NCBI GenBank assembly: GCA_027310185.1
Contig: DAIDBH010000018.1
Span: forward strand, 1-64,000
Direction of reading: 5' to 3'
DNA length: 64,000 bases
DNA from: Thermoplasmatales archaeon
GTDB lineage: Archaea > Thermoplasmatota > Thermoplasmata > Thermoplasmatales > Thermoplasmataceae
Position numbers and translations under genes: made by a program. The notes beneath the pieces are model-generated. The model did no database searches. It worked only from the letters and a program-made list of their open reading frames with translations, and was not told the origin of the DNA. Positions within the stretch are counted from its first letter, which is position 1. Every line of letters begins with the position of its first letter. Positions 1 through 10,209 of this stretch are shown here, piece after piece.

Positions 1-90
1 GATTCGACATAATACCCTGAAAGAAGGGTGAATAGAAGGCTGTCGAAATATCTCCTATTCTAAACAAACACCAACCACTTGGAGGTGGTC
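1..90 (+). ncRNA. Putative 3' part of IS110 bridge RNA
   Basis: Inverted repeats TTCGACA(3-9)/TGTCGAA(41-47), ACCCT(14-18)/AGGGT(25-29), GAATAG(30-35)/CTATTC(55-60) directly upstream of an IS110 ORF; truncated by the window edge. Confidence 0.45.
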
Positions 91-1236
91 AGAATACTGA
101 TTGGAATGGATGTACATAAACGTACCGTATACATTACGGAATTGGATGATGATGGAGACATCATGGAACAGTATGGGATTGGGAATAATATAAATGAATT
201 AGAACAGTTCAGATCAAGATATATTGATCTGAATCCTGAGATTGCACTGGAGGTATCAACAACAGGAAAATATATTGCAGGAAAGCTGAGGGACATGGAT
301 TTCCATGTTCATCTTGCAGATCCTTTCAAATTATCGATCATATTCAAGTCCTCAAAGAAGAATGACAGGGAGGATTTATACAAGCTTGCCAAGTTACTCA
401 GATTGAATGAACTTCCAGAAGTTCATGTACAATCAAGGGAATCTAATCAACTCATATCAATGGTAAGGTACAGGAGATCCATAGGCGAAGATATCACCAG
501 GATAAAGAACAGGATACATGCACTCCTGTCATCACATGGAATTACGTTGAGGCAGACAGACATATTTGGAAGATCAGGTCTTATGGAGATTGAAAGGCAA
601 TCCACAAAGTTAAGTGCATCAGAAAGAACAGTGCTGAATCGCATGCTGTCCTCTGTGATCCATCTCACGAGAGATGCCATTGAAATAGAGGACCAGATGG
701 CCAGGCATGGCAATGTTAGAGATGATGTAAGGTTGCTCATGACAGTTCCAGGAATAAATGTCTATTCTGCAGTTGCAATAGTATCTGAGATAGATGACAT
801 AAGAAGATTCAGTTCAAAGGAGAAGCTTGCATCATATTCAGGCTTAACACCAAGACAGGATCAATCAGGATCAAGAGACATAAGAGGGCACATATCAAAG
901 CATGGCCCTTCTATGCTCAGATTCATACTTGTGACAGCTGTTCATTCTGTGATAAAATTTTCAAGAAGAATGAGGCAGAAGTACATGCATATTGTAAGGA
1001 GGACAGGAATGAAGATGGCAATCATTGCAGTTGCACGCATACTTGCTGAAACAGTATACACCATGTTGTCAAGAAATGTTGAATTCATGGATTCCATGGA
1101 TGAACTTACAGAGAGAAAGATCGCTTCCATGTCCAGCAGGGCAAAGAAGCAGAATCAACCAGAAGACATATCACAGACAATAAAGTTATTAAGATTGCAG
1201 AAGATCGGGAGGATGTCAGGAGAACTTTTTTCATAG
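79..1236 (+). CDS. IS110 family transposase/recombinase (DEDD RuvC-like + Tnp20 domain)
   Basis: N-terminal GMDVHK, E (ALEVS), KNDRED motif; C-terminal LMTVPGI...FSSKEKLASYSGLTPRQDQSG...ISKHG with catalytic-type SG. Confidence 0.95.
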   Translation: MEVVRILIGMDVHKRTVYITELDDDGDIMEQYGIGNNINELEQFRSRYIDLNPEIALEVSTTGKYIAGKLRDMDFHVHLADPFKLSIIFKSSKKNDREDLYKLAKLLRLNELPEVHVQSRESNQLISMVRYRRSIGEDITRIKNRIHALLSSHGITLRQTDIFGRSGLMEIERQSTKLSASERTVLNRMLSSVIHLTRDAIEIEDQMARHGNVRDDVRLLMTVPGINVYSAVAIVSEIDDIRRFSSKEKLASYSGLTPRQDQSGSRDIRGHISKHGPSMLRFILVTAVHSVIKFSRRMRQKYMHIVRRTGMKMAIIAVARILAETVYTMLSRNVEFMDSMDELTERKIASMSSRAKKQNQPEDISQTIKLLRLQKIGRMSGELFS

Positions 1237-1321
1237 AAGTTTTATAATATTTATGTCACGGCATCTCATTAGTCAATCAAAAGGGAAATCATTAAATTTT
1301 GTTACTTAATATGTAAGTTCA

Positions 1322-3328
1322 ATGTGGATAAAAAGCTTGGCAGTATTCAATCACAAATCTATTAAAGATAGTGGGATAGTTAGACTGGAAAAGGGACTAA
1401 CATGTTTGGTAGGAATGACTGGAACTGGGAAAACATCTTTTTTAGAAGGTATCAAGCTTTTAGATCAAAAAGTTATTCCTAAGGAATCAGAACTATTCAG
1501 AGGTTCCGACATTTCTCAGAAATTAACAAATGGGAAAATAAGTGCGTCTGATGTTAAGGTTGTAACTGCTAAATTAGAGTTAGAGGAAAACGATGATAAA
1601 TACCTATCTCTGTTAAGCCAACGGGATAAGAGAATTTCAGATGTTATAACTCTTAATAGATATCTTGATGGTCACTATTCCATTTTTATAGGCAACAATG
1701 AGATAAAGAATTCAGTAGTAGATTCAAATAATATAGAGAAAATAATTAATGAACTGCAAAACAACTTTGTATACGTAACTAATAGAAACTACAACAATAT
1801 AAGAACTCACGAAGGAAATTTTAATGATATACTAAAAGCCTTTAAGAAAACAAATTTTGGAGATGAAAAAGAAAGTGAATTAGCAATCCAATCACTAAGG
1901 AATTCTATAATGACTATTCCAAGAGATCTTCAATATAAAAAGGAGATCGATCTAAGGCTCAAAGAAATTGAAAATGAAATCAACGAAGAGAAAGAGAAGC
2001 TAAGTAAGTCACCATTTCAAGCAATATTGAATAACATACCTAATATATATTATATGGATCATGTGTTTGATTTAGAAGACAGTATATCTTTAGATAAATA
2101 CATAAGTGACCCCTCAATCTCAGAAACTTTTAGTTCTATTGCTTTACTTACACAGGATTTGCTACCAAGTGGTGTCCAAAATGTGAGAACCAAAGATCCT
2201 CAAATAAGAATTTCTTATTTCGAAACCGTTTCCAAAAAGCTAACTGAAGTTATGACTAATCTTTGGAGTCAGCAAAAATATGAATTCAAGGTTGATTCAG
2301 ATAATGTCAATCTAAGATTTTATGTAAAAGACTTGCAAACTAATGCCACTATCTCTGTTTTGGAAGGAAGTGAAGGGTTCAAATGGTGGTTAGCATTCTA
2401 TATGGATATTTCTTCAAAGTTATCTAAATCCTCTAAAATGAGTGTAATTTTATTAGATAACCCAGCGACTAGTCTTCATGATAGAGGGAAAGAAGACATA
2501 CTTAGACTGCTAAAGGAAATAAGCACATCAGAAAATCTTCAACTTGTATATACTTCTCACGAAAGAGCTCTTATTGATCCCTGGAGACCAGAAATTATAA
2601 GATTAGTAGAGAAAAAGACTGATGAAGGAACCAAAATAATAAGTCTTAATGAACCTAAAGAATCAGGTATTTTAACGCGTATTAGAGAATACATCGGTTC
2701 ACCAGCAAGGTATTCCCTATATGGGGGTTCTAGGACTTTGCTTTTTGAAGGAATAACTGATATGGAAATATTCTTGTCATTTAACGAATACTTGGAACGC
2801 AAAGGGGAAAAATATCTGAGTAAAGACCTATACTCAGTGGATGAAATTGGAGGAATATCAAATGTATTAGAATACATAAAATTCTACAAAAAGGCCGGAA
2901 TTGATTTTCTTATAATAGTAGATAGTGCTCAAAAGAGTGATCACGAAGTCCTCGACAAAGTTTCAAATGATGATAAACAAAAATATATTTTGCAAATCAG
3001 AGATATTATAGGAAGGGATGGAGATTCTGAAGACTTAATTGACAAAACTCTCTATCTATCGGCTTTTAACCTTACGGTAGAAAAAGAAGTTCCTTCTCTC
3101 GAATTAAGTTTGTGCAACGAAGGTAAAAAGATCGTAAACTGCTTTATAGATATTGCTGAAAAAAATAATGTAAAATACAATAAGTCGCTAGTGGCAAAAC
3201 AGTTTTGGCATATTTTAAATGAAATTCCCGACAAGTTTGAAAATATTGACAATGAATCATTAAGAATGTCGCTAAAAACTATATCCCGTTTAATAGAAAT
3301 GATAAATGATAAGTTCGATCGAAGGTAA
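1322..3328 (+). CDS. OLD-family ATP-dependent nuclease (ABC-type ATPase + TOPRIM)
   Basis: Walker A GMTGTGKT, signature-like SEGFKWW, Walker B ILLDNP, H-loop YTSH, TOPRIM LLFEGITD...GG...IIVD, C-terminal SEDL. Confidence 0.8.
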   Translation: MWIKSLAVFNHKSIKDSGIVRLEKGLTCLVGMTGTGKTSFLEGIKLLDQKVIPKESELFRGSDISQKLTNGKISASDVKVVTAKLELEENDDKYLSLLSQRDKRISDVITLNRYLDGHYSIFIGNNEIKNSVVDSNNIEKIINELQNNFVYVTNRNYNNIRTHEGNFNDILKAFKKTNFGDEKESELAIQSLRNSIMTIPRDLQYKKEIDLRLKEIENEINEEKEKLSKSPFQAILNNIPNIYYMDHVFDLEDSISLDKYISDPSISETFSSIALLTQDLLPSGVQNVRTKDPQIRISYFETVSKKLTEVMTNLWSQQKYEFKVDSDNVNLRFYVKDLQTNATISVLEGSEGFKWWLAFYMDISSKLSKSSKMSVILLDNPATSLHDRGKEDILRLLKEISTSENLQLVYTSHERALIDPWRPEIIRLVEKKTDEGTKIISLNEPKESGILTRIREYIGSPARYSLYGGSRTLLFEGITDMEIFLSFNEYLERKGEKYLSKDLYSVDEIGGISNVLEYIKFYKKAGIDFLIIVDSAQKSDHEVLDKVSNDDKQKYILQIRDIIGRDGDSEDLIDKTLYLSAFNLTVEKEVPSLELSLCNEGKKIVNCFIDIAEKNNVKYNKSLVAKQFWHILNEIPDKFENIDNESLRMSLKTISRLIEMINDKFDRR

Positions 3329-4107
3329 ATACAGCATTTGTATAATGTTTCAATCTATACAAGAGCATCCAATTGTTTATTAAACGACCTGGTTCATAGT
3401 CAATCTATTTTTAGTCTTATATTTCAGTTTATGGTGAGTACTGAATTTATTCGGTTAAGAATTTTTGAAAGGAACTATAATATGAGAACCTTGGTATATT
3501 TTAAAATTTGACTTATCAAATTCAGATTTTCTATATGAAGGGAGAACGCATAGATACTAAGAATTAAGGACTACACAACAAGTGATACAACAAAAAATAT
3601 AATCCTAAGAAACTAATTAACTAACTCTTGATAATGTTAGGTTATGTTGTAACCATGACCGTAACCATATATCTGTAGAATGTAAGGTTTTCAAAAGGCA
3701 TTCCAAGGTTTATGGCCACTCTATCCTCTAAAAACAGTTAGCTTATACAACTCCAGGACCAAAGTAAACCAATGACTTAGATCAGCGTATATCTTAGTTA
3801 ATTTGTCTATTTCTTACAAATGTTAACAAAGAAATCGCTTAGGGTTAATCATGGTATGGAAAAAATAATTAGACTTGTTGATATTTGAACATCTTAGTTG
3901 TTATTATAAAGATAGAAACGAGGGGAAATTGAAACTAACTACAGAAAGTAAAAGAAGTCATATCTTGGAGGTCCACCGACGGGCCACTTTTTATTTTAAG
4001 AGATTTGTGAAACTATGTTTATTTTATTTGTGGTAATTCAATATTTCGGCTTGACACAACGAGATTTAAGAAATATTATATATTATCATGCGAATAACCC
4101 TATAATA

Positions 4108-4656
4108 ATGAAAAAAGTCCCAAGAACATCATTTTGTATCTTTTGTGGTTCTTCAAACATTGAGGAAGTGAGACTTCGTAGAGATTCTAGTATGTCGCCA
4201 AAGTCTATCAGCATTAAGATAGTGACGGTTGCTTTAACAAAAACAGGGTCTATTGGTTCTAACATGTCACTAACTTCTGAGAGTTATTATTGTAAAACTT
4301 GTCAAAAGATTGATGTATTTAGTAATAATCCCCCAATTAGAGTAGAAATCCCTCAAGAATCTATGAAAAATTTAGTTTTGCTGTTTCCAGATAGTCTCTT
4401 GAGACTGTTTAACTCTATAGGAATGTTAGATAATGAAATTAAAAAGTCAATACTAAGTTTAACGACAAGAATGAAGCAAGTTATAAAAAAATATCAAGAA
4501 ACAGGAGAAAATCCATGTAAGAATGGAAAGAAAGGATTTAAATCAAAGATGTGTGTAAAAGGAAAAAAAATTGAGGTTTATGCGTTAGTCGAAAACGAGG
4601 GTAAAATTACAAGTGTGAGAGTAATGTATGATGGAGGAAGATCATTTTGTCAATAA
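4108..4656 (+). CDS. Hypothetical protein: N-terminal Zn ribbon, C-terminal possibly RelE-like toxin domain
   Basis: CIFC...CKTC pairs; basic C-terminus with helix-helix-NP-strands pattern; start moved from 4015 to ATG 4108 because TTATATAT lies ~25 bp upstream. Confidence 0.45.
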   Translation: MKKVPRTSFCIFCGSSNIEEVRLRRDSSMSPKSISIKIVTVALTKTGSIGSNMSLTSESYYCKTCQKIDVFSNNPPIRVEIPQESMKNLVLLFPDSLLRLFNSIGMLDNEIKKSILSLTTRMKQVIKKYQETGENPCKNGKKGFKSKMCVKGKKIEVYALVENEGKITSVRVMYDGGRSFCQ

Positions 4657-5150
4657 AGATCGAGTTTGATTGGAATAAAATTAAAAAAGAACGGTATGGT
4701 GGAAACAAGCTTACTATACCCGACCTAATAATGGTAATTTTAAGCAACGGTCCAATAAGAGGTAAAATAAAATTGCAAAAAGAAGTATTTTTGGCATGGA
4801 AAGAAGTTTTCACAGAAAATTATGTGACAGATCCTCTGTTTCATCCTGATCAATTCGGTCCGTATAGTCAACTAGTATCAGATTCTCAAGAAATACTTAA
4901 AATGGAAAGTTACATAAAAGTAATTTCGCAAGGCGAGGGCCATCAAACCTTTGTTATTTCTCAAAAAGGAAAACTTAATTTGCAAGAAAATCATATAATA
5001 AATAAAATCCCAATAGAACTATTTCGTAATCTAACGTTAAAGAAAATCGATTGGGATGAGTGGACATCTAAAGGTATAATGACATATATTTATCGAAACT
5101 ACCCGTATTACGCAATAAGAGCAAAGATAAAGGAATTAACATGGGAATAA
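4647..5150 (+). CDS. Panacea/SocA (DUF4065)/YwgA-like winged-helix antitoxin-type protein
   Basis: IRGKIKLQKEVFL...F.PDQFGPYS...ISQKG...YIYRNYP pattern; overlaps both neighbours. Confidence 0.7.
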   Translation: MSIKIEFDWNKIKKERYGGNKLTIPDLIMVILSNGPIRGKIKLQKEVFLAWKEVFTENYVTDPLFHPDQFGPYSQLVSDSQEILKMESYIKVISQGEGHQTFVISQKGKLNLQENHIINKIPIELFRNLTLKKIDWDEWTSKGIMTYIYRNYPYYAIRAKIKELTWE

Positions 5151-6289
5151 ATATAATACCTAAGGAAAGAGATGAAAAATCTGATATCTCCCGGTTAGAG
5201 ATAAAGTACAACCGTGGAAGTGTTGAATCTCCAAATAGATTCATTACCAAGGTTGACATTAATGCGAAGGATAATATTGGGGCAGATATACCACTCACAA
5301 GAACTAGAAAGCTATTTTTGGGAGAAGAATTTATAAATCCATCAACAATAAACTTAATATTAAATAATAATGGATATCTAGGAATAATGCTCGCAAAATA
5401 TCAAAAATTTCTATTACGACTAAGGAACTCAGATCCTTTAAGGTTAATATTTCCAAAATTTACAAAAAATGGAAAAGAAGAGTTCCAAAGCCTTAATAAT
5501 TCAAGTCAAAATCGGGTGATTCATTTCATTTTTCAACTCATTCAAGAACTTTCCAATGGAAATTCAATGTTGGATGGATTTTGCATACAGTACGATATAT
5601 TATCCAAAGAAGCTAGACAGTATTTAGAAAATCAAGATCTTCCGTTTATCCCTGTAGTAGATATGCATGAAGAGAGTAAGATCATAAACAAGCAAATCGA
5701 TGATTATTTGCAGATGAGTTCTTCTACGGTTCCATTTATAGGTTTAACTTATTCAACATTAACTAGAACTAATCTTGCATTTAATAAAGTTATTAGTGTT
5801 ATTGACAAATTACATGAACAAGGTAAAGGTTTTATCACAGTTGATTCACCCAGAGTTTCTGGAGTATATAGCGAAGATCCAGACGTATCTGCTCTTCATT
5901 ATTCAAATTTTGTCTCCAGTGATCTATCTGCGGAAAAATCATATGTAGGAGGCAAAAGTAGTAATTTAAAAATAAAACTTTTTGAAAAAACCGATTTAGT
6001 AGTATCAGAGTTGGGAGTTCTTCATGATCCAAAAGAACATAAAGATGAAATCAATTTTTTAAATGAAGACAAAAAATTAAAAGAGCTTTTAATTAATATG
6101 ATAAGCGGAGAAGGGCATTTGAAAGAGCAAGATAAAGAAAGAGCAAAGAATCTGTCTAGGGTTCATGAAAACGTATTTACAAATTCAGAGTATGAAGAAA
6201 TGAGGAAAAGTCTAATCAATAACGAGTTGAGTTTTTATAGAAGCAAAAAGAGGCGATTAAATCAGTTGCTCTTGAATGAAGGTAGATGA
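5141..6289 (+). CDS. Divergent tRNA-guanine transglycosylase-fold protein, apparently lacking catalytic motifs
   Basis: N-terminal SRLEIKYNRGSVESP resembles TGT (R..L....G.VETP); C-terminal LSRVHE...EEMRKSLINNEL resembles TGT (HN....IR.AI..G.L); no DSGG or CxCxxC. Confidence 0.5.
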   Translation: MGINIIPKERDEKSDISRLEIKYNRGSVESPNRFITKVDINAKDNIGADIPLTRTRKLFLGEEFINPSTINLILNNNGYLGIMLAKYQKFLLRLRNSDPLRLIFPKFTKNGKEEFQSLNNSSQNRVIHFIFQLIQELSNGNSMLDGFCIQYDILSKEARQYLENQDLPFIPVVDMHEESKIINKQIDDYLQMSSSTVPFIGLTYSTLTRTNLAFNKVISVIDKLHEQGKGFITVDSPRVSGVYSEDPDVSALHYSNFVSSDLSAEKSYVGGKSSNLKIKLFEKTDLVVSELGVLHDPKEHKDEINFLNEDKKLKELLINMISGEGHLKEQDKERAKNLSRVHENVFTNSEYEEMRKSLINNELSFYRSKKRRLNQLLLNEGR

Positions 6290-6735
6290 AAATAATGTAA
6301 CAGGATGATAAGCCCAATTTCAGTATATATAAAAATTTTAAAGGGATTTCCCTATCCACAAGTAAAATTACATAGAACTAATCGTTCTATTTAAAAACTT
6401 TTGGCAAAATATAGAAAGAATTTTAAATCAACTGAATTAGATTAATATTTGCTAAATAAATATTATTTAACTCTTAAATCTTCCCATATCTTGGAGATTA
6501 TTAATGATATTTATTCTATCATCTAAGCCTTTTTAGTTGATAAAATCAGATGTCAATTGATATAAACTCTAAAACTTCTTTGAAATATTGTCACTCATAT
6601 ACGTTTGATAGTCATAAGCCTTTTTAACAAACTGAATAATACTAGTATCGACATAGTTGTCAATATTATTAATTCAGCATAAATAAATTTCTTAAACATC
6701 GATATAGTTTTCACTCACGTTTAACTAGTTTCTCT

Positions 6736-9700
6736 CTAAGGAGAAAGTAACTTATTTGTCACCTCAAGGTACCTTCCAGGTATGGGAGTTTGTAATTTCC
6801 ATATTATGTTTATTGGTCTGCTTCCCTCATGGCTGTAGTATTCTACTGGACCTAGGAAAGTATATGGAAATGCACCTGTTTTATCTTCCTTGTTTTCCCT
6901 TACAAATAACAAGATCTTGTTTCCTAACTCATTTTGATTTATATATCTCTTTCCGGTGTTTGAATCCACCGATGTTGTGCTTTGGCTCTGCCAGTGGAAC
7001 AGTGTTTCATTTATGGAGTAATCTTCATAAAGTGTTGTAGGACTATAGTCTTTCTCATTCTTGTTCAATGTAACAAATAGCAGGTCTATGTTCCACTTTG
7101 GAATATATTTTACACCTTCCCTGACATTTTCAGGATTTTCAAAGTCCATTGCTATAAGAATCTGGTCTCTTGTATAATTGCAATGCAGATCCAGAGGGCA
7201 GTCAAATCCAAGATCAACTTGTTTGTCAAGGAAATCTATTTTCTTTAGTCTAAATTCTAACAATTCAATTAATTCTTCAAATAGGTTACTACTTTCTTTG
7301 ATTCTTTCAATAGCTTCTACTGGGGTTTCAAACCCTGAATCCTTGAACGATTTCTTCCAAACTGTATATTGAAACATGTTCAGCATTCTTTGTTCTTCTG
7401 GAGACATTTCACGGAAATCCTGTAAATTCTCAGTCTTGAAAACATGTAACAGGAAATTAATCCATCTCCTTGAATCTATTGAACAAAGCCTCATGAATGC
7501 CTTTGTCATAATAGGCTCCAGATTTTCATGAAAATCTGGTGATGGTCCTGAGTCAGACTTAAGCCTTGAAAAACAGGTCTTTGAATAGATATCTCTCAAA
7601 TCCATATGGTAATATTCTGTAAAATTTTCTAAAGTTAATGGCAGTTCAGAATCAGAAGTAAATGTTTTGACCTTGGAAATCAATTGAGATCTTGATCCGA
7701 CTGCTTGTCTTATGTTTTCTAAAATGAACTCCTGTGCTCTTCTCTCTAGCTGGATATAACATCCCTTTGGCATATCAGGGAACCCTTCAGTGATTTCTCT
7801 TTCTAATCCTCTTGAGCTTCTCGAAAGCAATGCAGTGAATTTCTCCCTAAAATTGTAACTTCTATTTGCCTGCCCAACAAAATCTAGAACTGTCAAACAT
7901 TCTTTTTCATCAGAAATCCTTAAGCCTCTCCCAAGTTGTTGCAAGAAAACAGTAAGACTTTCTGTCGGTCGAAGAAACATGATTGTGTTTATTTGGGGAA
8001 TGTCCACACCTTCGTTGTATATATCAACAACAAACACGAATTTAATCTCACCTTCACTAAGCATCTTTCCAGCGTTTTCTCTTTCTTCATTCGAAGAATC
8101 ACTGTCAATATAGGCGGACTTAATTCCGTAAGAATTGAATTGTTCAGCCATAAATCTGCAGTGTAATTTTGATACACAAAAACCTACGCCTTTCACATTT
8201 TTTATATCATCTACATATTTTGTGAGTGCATCTACAATGTAGCTCACTCTTTCGGTAGAGGATTTGTTTCCATCACTGTATATTTGACTTAGTTGAGTTT
8301 TATCATATCCTCCTTTAATCCATTTTACATTTTTGAGGTCTATGTTATCAGTTATCCCAAAATACTGGAATGGTGAAAGCAATTTTCTATCAATGGCTTC
8401 AGGAAGTCTGATTTCAGCAGAAATGTGATTATCAAAATAAGCTAGAATATCCTGTCTGTCCATCCTTTCTGGAGTTGCTGTAAGGCCAACTAATATCTTA
8501 GGTTTATAATAGCTAAGCAGTTGTTGATAACTTGGAGCTGCGGCATGATGGAATTCATCTATAATAATGAAATCATAATAATCGCTTGTCGTTTTACTTA
8601 TCATCTCTCTTGAATTAAACAACTGAATGGACATGAAAATATGTTCAAGACTACTTGGAATGTTATCACCCACACCCAATTCACCAAAGTTTTGATCCTT
8701 TAGAACACTTCTGAAACATTCCATTGCCTGTTCTAAAATCTCCTTTCTGTGTGAAACAAAAAGGAGGCGATTAGCCTTTCCAGGATTCTGATTCTTATAT
8801 CTTTTGTAATCTAGCGCAGAAATCACAGTCTTTCCTGTTCCAGTTGCAGCAACTATGAGGTTTCTGTATCTACCATGAACTGCTCTTTCTGCTTCCAGTT
8901 TGTCAAGGATATCTTGCTGATAGGCAAAGGGATGTATTTCTGCGATGAATCTTCCTCTATTCTCCTTTCCAACATTCCGTTCTAAATTAATGGCTGAAAT
9001 CAGTTTTGCTTTTTTCTCATTTGAGTAAAGTTCAAAGTCATCAGAATCCCAGTAACTTTGAAAAGTTGCTTTAACTTTATTCATAGTTTCATCCATGTCT
9101 TTCTCAGTGATTTTCACATTCCATTCGAGTCCACTTGATATTGCAGCATTTGAAAGATTTGATGACCCGATATATGCAGTCGAAAAACCAGTGTTTCGAT
9201 GAAATATGTATGTTTTTGCATGCAATCTTGTACGCTTTGTGTCATAGGAAATCTTAATTTCTGGACTTTCATCATCCTGATTTTTAAGTTTACTCAACTC
9301 TTCAATTGATTTTAGATCTGTAGCACCCATGTATGTTGTAGTTATAATCCTCAATTTTCCATTTTTCTGAAAGAATTCTCTTAATTCTTCAATTATTAAT
9401 CTTATACCGCTCCACTTTATGAAAGAAACTAAGATGTCTATTCTATCCGATGATAATATTTCCTTCTTCAATTCGGAATACATACTGGGTTCTCTTTGTG
9501 CTCCTGTAAATAGAGAACTTTGTGATATGGATGTTATGGGTCTTTCCGCATTAATGGCCTTATTTCCTAAGTTCTGATTTTCTTTCTTATCAACGATTGC
9601 TAATAGCTTTTCAATACTTTTTTCATTATCATCAGGAAGATATGGATTGAAGTCTTCGCTTTTTCCCAAGGTGTTCAAAATTTTATTTACTATTTCTATT

Positions 9701-9900
9701 TGGCCTCTAATTCCTTTTCCATTTGTTATTTCTCCTTCAAGTGATTCTTTTATAATTTCCCTTAGGTATGATGTAAGTAGTTTAGAAGATTCGTCACTTC
9801 CTATGTTAGATTTTTCTATTGTATTATCAGTTGAGGCAGCATCTAATTCCCTTTTAATCAGAGAGTTAATCAGTTGTTCATAGATTCCATTCTTGAGCAT
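6736..9900 (-). CDS. PLD nuclease - SF2 helicase - DUF3427 protein (SauUSI-like type IV restriction enzyme architecture)
   Basis: HAKTY...IGSSNLS PLD motif; ATGTGKT, DEFHH, TATPER, QQLGRGLR; C-terminal FHWQSQS...LFVRE DUF3427-type motif. Confidence 0.9.
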   Translation of the reverse strand: MLKNGIYEQLINSLIKRELDAASTDNTIEKSNIGSDESSKLLTSYLREIIKESLEGEITNGKGIRGQIEIVNKILNTLGKSEDFNPYLPDDNEKSIEKLLAIVDKKENQNLGNKAINAERPITSISQSSLFTGAQREPSMYSELKKEILSSDRIDILVSFIKWSGIRLIIEELREFFQKNGKLRIITTTYMGATDLKSIEELSKLKNQDDESPEIKISYDTKRTRLHAKTYIFHRNTGFSTAYIGSSNLSNAAISSGLEWNVKITEKDMDETMNKVKATFQSYWDSDDFELYSNEKKAKLISAINLERNVGKENRGRFIAEIHPFAYQQDILDKLEAERAVHGRYRNLIVAATGTGKTVISALDYKRYKNQNPGKANRLLFVSHRKEILEQAMECFRSVLKDQNFGELGVGDNIPSSLEHIFMSIQLFNSREMISKTTSDYYDFIIIDEFHHAAAPSYQQLLSYYKPKILVGLTATPERMDRQDILAYFDNHISAEIRLPEAIDRKLLSPFQYFGITDNIDLKNVKWIKGGYDKTQLSQIYSDGNKSSTERVSYIVDALTKYVDDIKNVKGVGFCVSKLHCRFMAEQFNSYGIKSAYIDSDSSNEERENAGKMLSEGEIKFVFVVDIYNEGVDIPQINTIMFLRPTESLTVFLQQLGRGLRISDEKECLTVLDFVGQANRSYNFREKFTALLSRSSRGLEREITEGFPDMPKGCYIQLERRAQEFILENIRQAVGSRSQLISKVKTFTSDSELPLTLENFTEYYHMDLRDIYSKTCFSRLKSDSGPSPDFHENLEPIMTKAFMRLCSIDSRRWINFLLHVFKTENLQDFREMSPEEQRMLNMFQYTVWKKSFKDSGFETPVEAIERIKESSNLFEELIELLEFRLKKIDFLDKQVDLGFDCPLDLHCNYTRDQILIAMDFENPENVREGVKYIPKWNIDLLFVTLNKNEKDYSPTTLYEDYSINETLFHWQSQSTTSVDSNTGKRYINQNELGNKILLFVRENKEDKTGAFPYTFLGPVEYYSHEGSRPINIIWKLQTPIPGRYLEVTNKLLSP

Positions 9901-10209
9901 AGTCTTAACATTCTAGCATAAGTTACATTGTATAAATAATGTGTAGTTGGGCATGTCTTAAACAAATACTTGAAAAAATTAATCTTCATAAAGGTTGAAA
10001 ATAATATTGTAATATAAATCTCAATTGTAATTTGCTAAAGTTCTGGCTATTTGAAGAAATTTATCAAATTCTAGGATAAATCATGAAAATATATCACATA
10101 CTATAAAAAACATATTTCCATTTGAAATATAACGCATTACCAAGGGCAAAAACTAATTGCGAATATCTAGTTTAATCGCTCCTAATTTTTTTCCATACCA
10201 ATTATTTTA

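Larger units (their letters stand above)
1..1240 (+). mobile_element. IS110 family insertion sequence, left end outside the window
   Basis: Intact IS110 ORF; composition becomes sharply AT-rich just after the stop at 1236; structured non-coding DNA upstream; right boundary approximate. Confidence 0.75.

Noticed and set aside
3329-4100. Long intergenic region with GTAACCAT repeated twice and a small GC hairpin before a T-run near 3969-3997
   Set aside because: Too short to distinguish from chance; no tRNA, att site or ORF supportable
6372-6390. 7-bp hairpin ATAGAAC/GTTCTAT between convergent genes
   Set aside because: Weak AT-rich stem; expected by chance
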